NCBI GenBank assembly: GCA_029979265.1
Contig: JAPOHW010000002.1
Coordinates: 24,552 to 88,551 of the forward strand
Origin: Actinomycetota bacterium
GTDB lineage: Bacteria; Actinomycetota; Acidimicrobiia; Acidimicrobiales; Aldehydirespiratoraceae
Direction of reading: 5' to 3'
Length of the DNA stretch: 64,000 bases
Position 1 is the first letter of the stretch. Each line of letters begins with the position of its first letter. A program made the translations under genes and the position numbers. Below, piece after piece: positions 55,707 through 64,000 of the stretch. Below the pieces are notes generated by a model, which saw only the letters and a program-made list of their open reading frames with translations, did no database searches and was not told the origin of the DNA.

Positions 55707-57061
55707 GCACACTCCGCACGCCGATCGTCGTCGCCGGTGCCGGCCCGGCCGGATCGTTGCTGGCGATCTATCTCGCCCGCCAGGGCCACGACGTCACCAT
55801 CTACGAGCGTCGCCCTGATCTGCGCACCAGCGATGTCGATGCCGGGCGTTCGATCAACCTGGCGCTCGCCACCCGAGGCATCGTCCCCCTGGTGGAGATC
55901 GGTGCGATCGGACGGGTCGACGAGATCACGATCCCGATGCGGGGCCGGATGATCCACGCCGAGAACGAGTCGACCGCGGTTTTGCAGCCCTACGGGTCGC
56001 AAGCCCACGAGGTCATCCACTCGGTGTCGCGCAACGACCTCAACGCCATCTTGCTCGACGAGGCCGAAGCGACGGGGCGGGTGCGAATCGAATTCGAACG
56101 GCAACTCGAGGCCGTCGATTTCGCGACATCGACCCTGACCTTCCACGATGGTTCGTCCGAACCCTTCGGTGTGGTGTTCGGATGCGACGGCGCAGGCTCG
56201 CCGGTGCGCAAGGCGATCGAAGCCGCCGGGTCGTGCACATCGCACACCGAGTGGCTCGACCATGACTACAAGGAGTTGACACTTCGACCCGGTGCGGACG
56301 GGATGCACCGTCTCGACCCGAATGCACTCCACATCTGGCCGCGCGGTGAACTGATGCTGATCGCACTCGCCAACCCTGGCGGTGACTTCACCGTGACCCT
56401 GTTCGCGCCCAAAGCCGTCTTCGCCGAGCTCACCGACGCCGCCGCCGTCGACGGGTTCTTCACCACCGAATTCCCCGACTTCGCCGCGATGGTCTCCGAT
56501 CTCACCGATCAGTTCGCCACCAACCCGACCGGCCCGCTCGGCACCCTCCGAACCAATGGCTGGAGTCACGACGACCGCGCCATCGTGATCGGTGATGCTG
56601 CGCACGCCATCGTGCCCTTCCACGGCCAAGGGATGAATGCCGCCATGGAGTCGGCCCGAGCCCTTGCGGCACAGTTGGCCAACCGACCCGACGACGTCAC
56701 CGGTGCCTTCCGACGCTTCGAAACCGAGCGGCGACCCGACACCGACGCAATCGCCCGCATGGCCTTGGACAACTACATCGAGATGCGAGCTGGCGTCGTC
56801 GATCCCGACTACGTCGCGCAGCGAACACTGGCACTCGAACTCGAACGGCGACACCCGACCCGCTTGAGCCCTCGCTACAACATGGTCATGTTCTCCACCA
56901 TGCCGTACGCCGAGGCCCTGCAGCGAGCTGTTCGCCAAAAGGAGATCATCGTCGACGCCCTCGCCGACCCCGACCTCGACGTCGATGCGCTCGTGCGTGA
57001 GCTTCCACCACTGCCTGCACTCGACCCGCTTGCCGACCCGGAAGCGTTGTCCGTCTCATGA
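55703..57061 (+). CDS. kmo: Kynurenine 3-monooxygenase (FAD)
   Basis: ATGA overlap. 'IVVAGAGPAGSLLAIYLARQGHDVTIYERR', 'GRSINLAL' and 'VIGDAAHAIVPFHGQGMN'. Confidence 0.85.
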   Translation: MSTLRTPIVVAGAGPAGSLLAIYLARQGHDVTIYERRPDLRTSDVDAGRSINLALATRGIVPLVEIGAIGRVDEITIPMRGRMIHAENESTAVLQPYGSQAHEVIHSVSRNDLNAILLDEAEATGRVRIEFERQLEAVDFATSTLTFHDGSSEPFGVVFGCDGAGSPVRKAIEAAGSCTSHTEWLDHDYKELTLRPGADGMHRLDPNALHIWPRGELMLIALANPGGDFTVTLFAPKAVFAELTDAAAVDGFFTTEFPDFAAMVSDLTDQFATNPTGPLGTLRTNGWSHDDRAIVIGDAAHAIVPFHGQGMNAAMESARALAAQLANRPDDVTGAFRRFETERRPDTDAIARMALDNYIEMRAGVVDPDYVAQRTLALELERRHPTRLSPRYNMVMFSTMPYAEALQRAVRQKEIIVDALADPDLDVDALVRELPPLPALDPLADPEALSVS

Positions 57062-57855
57062 GCACCGAACCACTCACCTACTCGAGCTACCTGCGAACAG
57101 ACGAGCTCCTCGGCCTCCAGACCCCGCGGTCCACCGATCCCCGCACGGGTCAGGCCGAACACGACGAGTTGCTCTTCATCGTGATCCATCAGGTCTACGA
57201 ACTGTGGTTCAAGCAGCTGTTGCACGAACTCGACTATGTGGTGGCGGCAATGTTCGCCAACAACCTTGCAACCGCACGACTCCACATGAAGCGAGTCTTG
57301 AAGATCCTGAAGACACTCGTCGGCCAGGTCGACATTCTCGAGACGATGACGCCGGTGGAATTCGCGAGCTTCCGTGCGTTTCTCGACTCGGCCAGTGGCT
57401 TCCAATCCGCCCAGTTCCGCGAACTCGAGTTCGTGCTCGGCATGAAGGACCGGGTCCAACTCGACTGGTTTTCGGGACATGAGCGTGAACGTCTCGAACG
57501 CCGCTTCGGAACCCCAACACTGTGGGACGCCTTCATCGCTGCGATGGTCAGCCACGGAATGGACGTCCCCGAACGTGCGGCCACACGCGACGTCACCCAG
57601 ACCATCGTCGAAGACCCGGAACTCCAAGCGCTGATCGTGAGCGAGTACCACGACGAGGCGTTTGCCGCCGTCTGCGAGACGCTGACCGACCTCGACGAGG
57701 GCCTCCAGGAGTGGCGCTATCGCCACGTGATGATGGTGCGTCGCACCATCGGCACCAGGCACGGCACCGGAGGATCCGACGGCGCGGCCTACCTCCAGAA
57801 GACGCTGTTCCGCCCTGCATTCCCGGACCTGTGGGCGATCCGAACCGAGTTCTGA
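57058..57855 (+). CDS. kynA: Tryptophan 2,3-dioxygenase
   Basis: ATGA overlap. 'YSSYLRTDELLGLQ', 'FIVIHQVYELWFKQ', 'GFQSAQFRELE' and 'WRYRHVMMVRRTIG'. Confidence 0.9.
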   Translation: MSTEPLTYSSYLRTDELLGLQTPRSTDPRTGQAEHDELLFIVIHQVYELWFKQLLHELDYVVAAMFANNLATARLHMKRVLKILKTLVGQVDILETMTPVEFASFRAFLDSASGFQSAQFRELEFVLGMKDRVQLDWFSGHERERLERRFGTPTLWDAFIAAMVSHGMDVPERAATRDVTQTIVEDPELQALIVSEYHDEAFAAVCETLTDLDEGLQEWRYRHVMMVRRTIGTRHGTGGSDGAAYLQKTLFRPAFPDLWAIRTEF

Positions 57856-57869
57856 CCGAAAGTGCACCG

Positions 57870-59306
57870 ATGACCACCTACCCAGACCTTCGACTCTTCA
57901 TCGGCGGAGAGTGGCGGAGTGGCACCGACACGCTGCCCGTCGTCAACCCGTCGACGGAAACGACCATTGGTCGTCTCCCCGTTGCGTCGTCGGCCGACCT
58001 CGACGATGCACTGCGGGCCGCCGAGCAGGGGTTCGAGGTCTGGCGGGCCACCGCACCGCGTGACCGAGCCGATCTGATTCGCGAGGCGGCACGCTTGCTG
58101 CGCCTGCGCCAAGACGAGATCGCCCACTCGATCACCCTCGAGCACGGCAAGCCCTACCAGCAGGCCCGGCTCGAGGTCATCAGAGGCGCCGAGTTCTTCG
58201 AGTGGGACGCCGGTGAAGCGGTTCGCACGTACGGACGCGTCATCCCGAGTGCACCCGGTGTTCGCTACATCGTCCACCACCAACCGATCGGCCCGGTCGC
58301 AGCGTTCTCGCCGTGGAACTTTCCGATGAGCCAGCCGGCCCGCAAAGTTGCCGGTGCGCTCGCGAGCGGGTGTTCGATCATTCTCAAGGCGGCCGAGGAG
58401 ACCCCGGCCGGCGCACTCCACATCGCCAACGCATTTGCCGACGCCGGCCTTCCCGCCGGAGTCCTGAACCTCGTCTTCGGGGTTCCCGCCGACATCTCCC
58501 GCCACCTCATCCCGAGCCCGATCACGAAACTCGTGGCCTTCACCGGTTCGACGGTCGTCGGTCGGCACCTGACCGTGATCGCCTCGGAGCACATGACCCC
58601 GGTCTTGATGGAACTCGGCGGCCATGCACCGGTCATCGTCTGTGAGGACACCGACGTCGACGAAGCAGCGGTGACCTCTGCGATTCGCAAGATGCGCAAC
58701 GCCGGGCAGGTGTGCACCTCCCCAACGCGATTCTTCGTCCATGAACACGTCTATGACCGCTTCCTCGACCGCTTCGCCGAACGGTGTGCGGCCACGATCG
58801 TCGGGGACGGCTTCGACGAATCGGTCGAGATGGGCCCCCTTGCCAACGACCGGCGGATCACTGCCCTGACCGACTTCGTGTCCGATGCCGTTGCGACCGG
58901 CGCCACCCTCGTGACCGGTGGAAGTCGGATCGATCGTCCCGGCTATTTCTTCGAACCGACCGTGCTTGCCGATGTCCCCGACAACGCGCGGGTGATGCAG
59001 GAGGAACCGTTCGGGCCGCTCGCCATCGTCAACTCGGTCACCTCGCTCGACGAGGCGATCGCGCGGGCCAACAGCGTGCCGTACGGACTTGCGGCGTACG
59101 GCTTCACGAACCGGGCCGATTACGCCGACCGCATGGTCGATCACGTCGAGACCGGCAACCTCTCGATCAACACGCTCGAAGCCTCACTGCCCGAAACCCC
59201 CTTCGGCGGGGTGAAGTCGAGCGGCTATGGACGCGAAGGCGGCACCGAGGGTCTCCACCACTACACGGTCGTCAAGAACGTGTCGCACAGCATGACGATC
59301 GTCTGA
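57870..59306 (+). CDS. NAD(P)-dependent aldehyde dehydrogenase (semialdehyde dehydrogenase type)
   Basis: 'FSPWNFP', 'ELGGHAPVIV' and 'NAGQVCTSPTR' (catalytic Cys). 478 aa. Confidence 0.85.
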   Translation: MTTYPDLRLFIGGEWRSGTDTLPVVNPSTETTIGRLPVASSADLDDALRAAEQGFEVWRATAPRDRADLIREAARLLRLRQDEIAHSITLEHGKPYQQARLEVIRGAEFFEWDAGEAVRTYGRVIPSAPGVRYIVHHQPIGPVAAFSPWNFPMSQPARKVAGALASGCSIILKAAEETPAGALHIANAFADAGLPAGVLNLVFGVPADISRHLIPSPITKLVAFTGSTVVGRHLTVIASEHMTPVLMELGGHAPVIVCEDTDVDEAAVTSAIRKMRNAGQVCTSPTRFFVHEHVYDRFLDRFAERCAATIVGDGFDESVEMGPLANDRRITALTDFVSDAVATGATLVTGGSRIDRPGYFFEPTVLADVPDNARVMQEEPFGPLAIVNSVTSLDEAIARANSVPYGLAAYGFTNRADYADRMVDHVETGNLSINTLEASLPETPFGGVKSSGYGREGGTEGLHHYTVVKNVSHSMTIV

Positions 59307-59320
59307 GGAGGCGGATATCG

Positions 59321-60274
59321 ATGCAGTACACGAAGGCGGACGCAAAGGCCCATGCCCGAGCAACCATGACCGGTATCTGGGCTGCTGCGCTCATGCCGTT
59401 CGACGATCAGCTTCGGATCGATGAGGACGGCTTTCGCGAGAATGTGCGCCACTGGACCCAGGACCTCGGGATCCAGGGACTGTTCATCTCGGGCAAGCAG
59501 GGTGAGTTCTACGCCATGACGCTCGAAGAGCGGAAACGAAGCTTCGAACTGGCGGTGGAGGCAACCGGCAGTCACGCCCAGACGATCATGTCGTGCAGCG
59601 ATCAGAACATGGACGTCGCCATCGAACTGGCCCGCCACGCCGAGCTGTGTGGCGCCGACTACATCGTCGTGCACGCACCCCTGCTGCACTTCACCAAGGC
59701 GCAGGACGAGACGTTGCTGCGCTACTACCGCACCATCGCCGATGCCGTCGACATCGGCATCGCCCTGTGGAGCCACCCCGACAGCGGCTATCTGATGTCA
59801 CCCGCCCTCTGCAACCGCCTCGCCGACATCGACAATGTCGTCGCCATCAAGTACTCGGTACCACGCGACCTGTATGCCGAACTCACCGAGCTTGCGTCCG
59901 ACCGGATCCACGTCAGCACGTCCGCCGAGCACGAGTGGCTCGACAACATCATCGAGCTCGACTGGAAGCTCTACCTTTGCTCGTCTCCTCCATTCCTCAT
60001 CCAGACCGCAATCGATCGACGGATGCACGACTACACCGAGGCTGCATTCGCAGGCCGCATCGACGAGGCACGGGCGATCAGCGCCACCCTGCAACCGGTC
60101 CGCGATGCCCTGATGGGCACCCGGCCCGCCGAAAAACCACACGCGCACCAGAAGTACTGGCAGGAACTGCTCGGGCAGGTGGGTGGCCGGGTCCGTGCCC
60201 CCATGCTCGAGTTGACCGATGAGGAGAAAGCGACGACCCGGGCCGCCTTCGAACAGTGCGGGCTGCAGGTGTGA
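59321..60274 (+). CDS. Dihydrodipicolinate synthase / N-acetylneuraminate lyase (DHDPS/NAL) family protein
   Basis: GAGGAGG 10 nt upstream of the ATG. 'GLFISGKQGEFYAMT' and Schiff-base Lys context 'VVAIKYS'. Confidence 0.75.
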   Translation: MQYTKADAKAHARATMTGIWAAALMPFDDQLRIDEDGFRENVRHWTQDLGIQGLFISGKQGEFYAMTLEERKRSFELAVEATGSHAQTIMSCSDQNMDVAIELARHAELCGADYIVVHAPLLHFTKAQDETLLRYYRTIADAVDIGIALWSHPDSGYLMSPALCNRLADIDNVVAIKYSVPRDLYAELTELASDRIHVSTSAEHEWLDNIIELDWKLYLCSSPPFLIQTAIDRRMHDYTEAAFAGRIDEARAISATLQPVRDALMGTRPAEKPHAHQKYWQELLGQVGGRVRAPMLELTDEEKATTRAAFEQCGLQV

Positions 60275-61062
60275 GCGTTCGGCTCGTTCTCGTCGGCTGG
60301 GGAGCCATCGGTCGAACCGTCGCCGGACTGCTCTCCTCCGACACCATCGAGTTGGTCGGGGTTGGCGTCCGGTCCGACCGCACCCGTCCCGACATTCCTT
60401 CGCCCACAACCGTCATCACCGATCCGTTCGACCTGGCCGCGCTCGCCCCCGACGTTGTGGCCGAGGCGGCCAGTCGTGACGCCGTGATCCCTTGGGGACG
60501 GGCTGCACTCGGCATCGGCGCCGACTTCGTCGTCTCGTCGGTGTCGGCCCTTGCCGATCCTGACGCCCATGCAGATCTCCGAACCGCGGCCGTCGCCGGA
60601 GGTGCACAGGTACAGATCCACGCCGGCGCCCTCACGGGCATCGATGCACTCGTCGCCGCCCGACCCATGGGGATCAACATCGTCCGCCACCGCATCGTGA
60701 AGCCACCGACCGCATGGAAGGGAACGCCCGCCGAAGGGCTCTGTGACCTCGATGGCATCACTGAGCCGACGGTGTTCTCGCACACCTCCGCTGCCGATGC
60801 AGCCCGAACGTTCCCGAAGAACGCCAATGTGGCAATGACCACCGCACTGGCGGGCGTGGGACCCGACAGAACCGAGATCATGCTCGTCGCCGACCCTTCG
60901 GCTGCCACGAACCGTCACGAACTCCACGCAGAGGGCGGCTTCGGCACCATGGACGTCGTCCTGGCCAACAACCCATTGCCGACGAATCCCAAAACCTCGG
61001 CCCTGGCTGCGCTCAGCCTCGTACGTGCGATCGAGAACCGGGTCTCGCCGATTGTGATCTAG
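60271..61062 (+). CDS. nadX: Aspartate dehydrogenase-family (DUF108) NAD(P)-dependent dehydrogenase
   Basis: GTGA overlap. 'LVLVGWGAIGRTVA' Rossmann fold and 'FPKNANVAMTTALAG...NRHELHAEGGFG'. Confidence 0.65.
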   Translation: MSVRLVLVGWGAIGRTVAGLLSSDTIELVGVGVRSDRTRPDIPSPTTVITDPFDLAALAPDVVAEAASRDAVIPWGRAALGIGADFVVSSVSALADPDAHADLRTAAVAGGAQVQIHAGALTGIDALVAARPMGINIVRHRIVKPPTAWKGTPAEGLCDLDGITEPTVFSHTSAADAARTFPKNANVAMTTALAGVGPDRTEIMLVADPSAATNRHELHAEGGFGTMDVVLANNPLPTNPKTSALAALSLVRAIENRVSPIVI

Positions 61063-61071
61063 CGGTGACGG

Positions 61072-61983
61072 TCAGGCGACCGTTTCCCAGTCGAGCCCAA
61101 CATCGAGCGCCCGAACGGAGTGGGTGAGCTCACCGACTGCGATGGAGTCGACACCGGTCGCCGCAACCTGAGCCGCAGTCTCGAGGGTCAGGCCACCGCT
61201 CGCCTCCAGCCACACCTCCGGGCCGATCTCGTCACGGAGCGCCACCGCAGCGCGCATCTGCTCGGGGGTGAAGTTGTCGATCAACACCTGATCGGCGCCC
61301 GCTTCGATCGCGTGGCGGAGCCCGTCGAGGCAGTCCACTTCGACCTCGACCGGTATCGTCCCCTCCAGCTCGCGCACGGCTGCATAGGCCTCGGCGACCC
61401 CACCAGCGCTGGCGACATGGTTGTCCTTGACCATCGCAGCGTCGAAGAGGCCCATGCGATGGTTGACCCCACCGCCGCAGCGAACGGCGTACTTCTGCAG
61501 TGCCCGCAGGCCCGGAAGCGTCTTTCGGGTGTCACGCACCACGGCGTCGGTTCCGGCACATGCGGTGACCCACCGAGCAGTCTGGGTGGCAATCCCCGAG
61601 AGATGACAGAGCAGGTTGAGCGCGCTTCGCTCGGCGGTGAGCAGCAAACCGGTCGGGGCGGTGACCCGAGCGACCGCAGAACCGACCGCGACACCATCTC
61701 CATCGGTCATCAGATGATCGATGTCGCTCGGTGCATCACCGCACACCATCTCGACAACGGCGGCAACGACCGGCAGACCGGCAATCACTCCGGTTTCACG
61801 AGCGGCGAACGTCACGACACACCGTTGATCAGCAGGGATCGTCGCAACCGATGTGACATCGACACCGTCGGCAAGATCCTCGACGAGCGCAGCTCCGATC
61901 ACCTGCTCGACCGCCGTCGGATCGAGGCCGACAGCGTGCAGTCGAGCCGTGGTGTCGACGGACAACGGATGAGGAACGAACAC
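61072..61983 (-). CDS. nadC: Nicotinate-nucleotide pyrophosphorylase (quinolinate phosphoribosyltransferase)
   Basis: 'VRDTRKTLPGLRALQKYAVRCGGGVNHRMGLFDAAMVKDNH' and 'IDNF'. GTG start. Confidence 0.9.
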   Translation of the reverse strand: MFVPHPLSVDTTARLHAVGLDPTAVEQVIGAALVEDLADGVDVTSVATIPADQRCVVTFAARETGVIAGLPVVAAVVEMVCGDAPSDIDHLMTDGDGVAVGSAVARVTAPTGLLLTAERSALNLLCHLSGIATQTARWVTACAGTDAVVRDTRKTLPGLRALQKYAVRCGGGVNHRMGLFDAAMVKDNHVASAGGVAEAYAAVRELEGTIPVEVEVDCLDGLRHAIEAGADQVLIDNFTPEQMRAAVALRDEIGPEVWLEASGGLTLETAAQVAATGVDSIAVGELTHSVRALDVGLDWETVA

Positions 61984-62016
61984 GGTGCGACGCTAGCGAG
62001 GTGAGGGGGCCAGGGC

Positions 62017-62952
62017 ATGGGTACCGTCGAATCGCGCCTCCCATCGAACCGATACGTCGCCTACCGTGCAGCCATGGCGAACCCTCGGGCTGATCCGGTC
62101 ACCGAGCTCCGTGAGCGGCTCGGGCGCAGCGTGCGTACGCTGTTGGCCGGTGACCCCGAGCCTCGCCCGATGCCCCTGCTCGAGGGGGATCGACGGTTCC
62201 CGTCAACATCTGCGGTGTGGACGGTCCACAGCGACATCTCCATGCTGGTCGGGGGGCTCCGAGCATTGTTGCTTCAGACCTTGCACCCACCGACGCTCGC
62301 AGGTGTGACCCAACACTCCACGTACCGGACCGATCCTCTCGGGCGCCTTCAGCGCACGGGGGCGTTCCTCGGGGTCACCACGTTCGGATCCCGAGCCGAC
62401 GCCGACCAGGCGGTGGCGATGGTGCGTGCCGTGCACGAGCACGTCGTCGGTACGACGAACGACGGTGTGCCGTATTCCGCCACCGACCCCCACCTCCTTG
62501 CCTGGGTCCACTGCACCGAGGTGGATAGCTTCCTTCGAGCCCGTATGCGCTACGGCGTCTCGCCGCTACCAGCCGACATGGCCGATCGATATGTGGAGGA
62601 GATGGGCGAGATCGGGGCCGAACTCGGCGTGACCGAGCCACCACAGAATCGCCATGACCTTCGAATCCGGCTCCAGAGCTACCGCTCGGAGCTGGCCGCG
62701 TCCCCCGACACGCACGAGACCGTTCGATTTCTCGCCTTCCCGCCCCTGTCGTTGGCGGCGCGGGCTCCGTACGGTGTCGTCTTCGCTGCCGCCACGTCGA
62801 TGCTGCCGCGCTTCGCCCGACGCCAACTTCGCCTCCCCGTCGTGCCGCTGGCAGAACCGCTTGCGATCAGACCGGCCGCAACACTGCTCCTGCGCACAAT
62901 CGGCTGGGCACTCGGCGAACACCCGGCTCGCCGTGCCGCCCAACCGGCCTGA
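62017..62952 (+). CDS. MpaB/DUF2236-family oxygenase-like protein
   Basis: 'MLVGGLRALLLQTLHPPTLAGV', 'RLQRTGAFL' and 'VRAVHEHV' fit the pattern as I recall it. Alternative ATG at 62074. Confidence 0.6.
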   Translation: MGTVESRLPSNRYVAYRAAMANPRADPVTELRERLGRSVRTLLAGDPEPRPMPLLEGDRRFPSTSAVWTVHSDISMLVGGLRALLLQTLHPPTLAGVTQHSTYRTDPLGRLQRTGAFLGVTTFGSRADADQAVAMVRAVHEHVVGTTNDGVPYSATDPHLLAWVHCTEVDSFLRARMRYGVSPLPADMADRYVEEMGEIGAELGVTEPPQNRHDLRIRLQSYRSELAASPDTHETVRFLAFPPLSLAARAPYGVVFAAATSMLPRFARRQLRLPVVPLAEPLAIRPAATLLLRTIGWALGEHPARRAAQPA

Positions 62953-62966
62953 CTACGCTCGCCGAC

Positions 62967-63218
62967 ATGGACTTGGTCGAACTGCAGCGGTTGATGGACG
63001 AGCTGTACGGCGAGAACGACCGAGCGCGGGGCGTTCCCTCGACCGTCGCGTGGCTGGCCGAAGAGCTCGGCGAACTCGCGCAAGCCGTCCGGAAAGGCAC
63101 GCGCGAGCAGCAGGTCCACGAATTCGGCGACGTCCTTGCGTGGCTCGCCTCCCTCGCGAATCAGATGGGCATCACGCTCGACGAAGCGATGCAGCGCTAC
63201 GTCGACGACCCGCCCTGA
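62967..63218 (+). CDS. Small MazG-like nucleotide pyrophosphohydrolase-domain protein
   Basis: 83 aa. 'LAEELGELAQAV' and 'EFGDVLAWLASLANQMGITLDEA' are paired acidic helices. Confidence 0.65.
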   Translation: MDLVELQRLMDELYGENDRARGVPSTVAWLAEELGELAQAVRKGTREQQVHEFGDVLAWLASLANQMGITLDEAMQRYVDDPP

Positions 63219-63278
63219 TCGACCCCAGGACCCTCCGCGACGATCCCATCTCGGTCGAGTTGAGATCCCCACCAGTGG

Positions 63279-63932
63279 TCAGTAGCGACCGTTTCTGGTG
63301 TCGTCGTCGAGCGTGCGTCCACTGGCACTCGGCAGCCCGAGTACTTCGTCGGGGCGCACGTACAGCGGATCGAACGCCGGCCGAGCGAAGACCTCGGTCA
63401 GTTCCGGACGGAAACTCTCCATCGAATCGGACTCGTAGGAAGGATCGAAGCTGATCTGGTCCCAACGTGCGCAGAACGCTGCCGCCGCCTCGAAGTACGG
63501 GTGACCTCGGAACCGTTCGCGTGCGTCTGGATCGGTTCCGTTCATCGGTCCGGCGTGGTGCTGTTGAAAGATTCCATGGTGGGCCACGACCCACGTGACC
63601 TCTTCCCGCACGAATGGCCGAATGATCTCGGCAGCCATCCGGTCGTGGTTCATGGGCGCAAGGGCATCGCCGATGTCGTGGAGCAGTGCTGCGACGATCC
63701 AGTCGGGGTCGGCGCCATCTCGCCGGGCCCGCGTCGCTGACTGCAACGCATGCTCACAACGATCGATGGGATAGCCGGACGAACGTTCGTGGCGCTGCGC
63801 CTCCAGCGCTGCGATGTACCGATCGGGTGACTCAGCCATGTACGGCTCGAACTTGCGCGCCAGCAGTTCGTAGTCGGCCGTCGTTCCCTCGTCCATACGG
63901 GTGAACGAGACGGTCTCGGTTGACGTCGTCAC
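63279..63932 (-). CDS. HD-domain metal-dependent phosphohydrolase/oxygenase-like protein
   Basis: 'ALLHDIGD', 'VVAHHGIFQ'. GTG start with GGAGG 7 nt upstream (reverse complement of 63940-63944). Confidence 0.7.
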   Translation of the reverse strand: MTTSTETVSFTRMDEGTTADYELLARKFEPYMAESPDRYIAALEAQRHERSSGYPIDRCEHALQSATRARRDGADPDWIVAALLHDIGDALAPMNHDRMAAEIIRPFVREEVTWVVAHHGIFQQHHAGPMNGTDPDARERFRGHPYFEAAAAFCARWDQISFDPSYESDSMESFRPELTEVFARPAFDPLYVRPDEVLGLPSASGRTLDDDTRNGRY

Positions 63933-64000
63933 AGCACTACCTCCACTCTCCGAACCGATTCGACCCGAAGGCGACACGATCCTCGTCGGATGGACCGCGA

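Overview
High-GC (about 65-70%) chromosomal segment, most likely from a mycothiol-producing member of the Actinomycetota. The evidence for that is mshC plus the actinobacterial families DUF3499 and DUF3152. I call about 64 protein-coding genes, densely packed, many joined by 1-nt or 4-nt start/stop overlaps (ATGA/GTGA). I found no rRNA, tRNA, CRISPR array, transposase, integrase or phage gene.

Functional blocks:
- 0.9-14.6 kb: a catabolic cluster with CoA-transferase, two acyl-CoA dehydrogenases, an acetoacetate-decarboxylase-family protein, a P450, a LigB-type dioxygenase, a class I amidotransferase, a carotenoid/stilbene-cleavage oxygenase, an acyl-CoA ligase, an SCP-x-type thiolase, a crotonase and a membrane desaturase.
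- 14.6-20.2 kb: a SulP permease and a sarcosine-oxidase-like operon in permuted order (A-G-B-D).
- 21.2-24.5 kb: a DUF917 / double-GNAT / MFS operon.
- 24.6-27.8 kb: a four-gene redox operon.
- 27.8-34.9 kb: acyl-CoA ligase, homocysteine methyltransferase, crotonase, arylsulfatase and a flavoprotein.
- 35.0-38.7 kb: tandem mshC-cysS plus a serine hydrolase.
- 38.7-53.3 kb: mixed housekeeping and envelope genes, and a GH2 / VOC / TauD operon.
- 53.4-62.0 kb: a MarR-led kynurenine-to-quinolinate (NAD) operon extended by an aldehyde dehydrogenase, a DHDPS-like protein and an aspartate-dehydrogenase-like protein, convergent with nadC.
- 62.0-64.0 kb: MpaB-like, MazG-like and HD-domain genes.

The most notable observation is a peroxiredoxin-like (PRXL2/AhpC-TSA_2 type) gene whose frame carries a TGA exactly where the first Cys of the CxxC redox motif should be. 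This is either a candidate selenoprotein or a disrupted gene. Other points worth a second look:
- two perfect palindromes (20 and 18 bp) placed symmetrically in one divergent promoter region;
- an AT-rich promoter that predicts a leaderless marR-kyn transcript;
- a DUF3499 ORF with no stop until it has run about 470 nt antisense through a DUF983 gene;
- a 28-bp tandem duplication carrying twin hairpins across a stop codon.

All family assignments come from reading motifs by eye; no database search was run.
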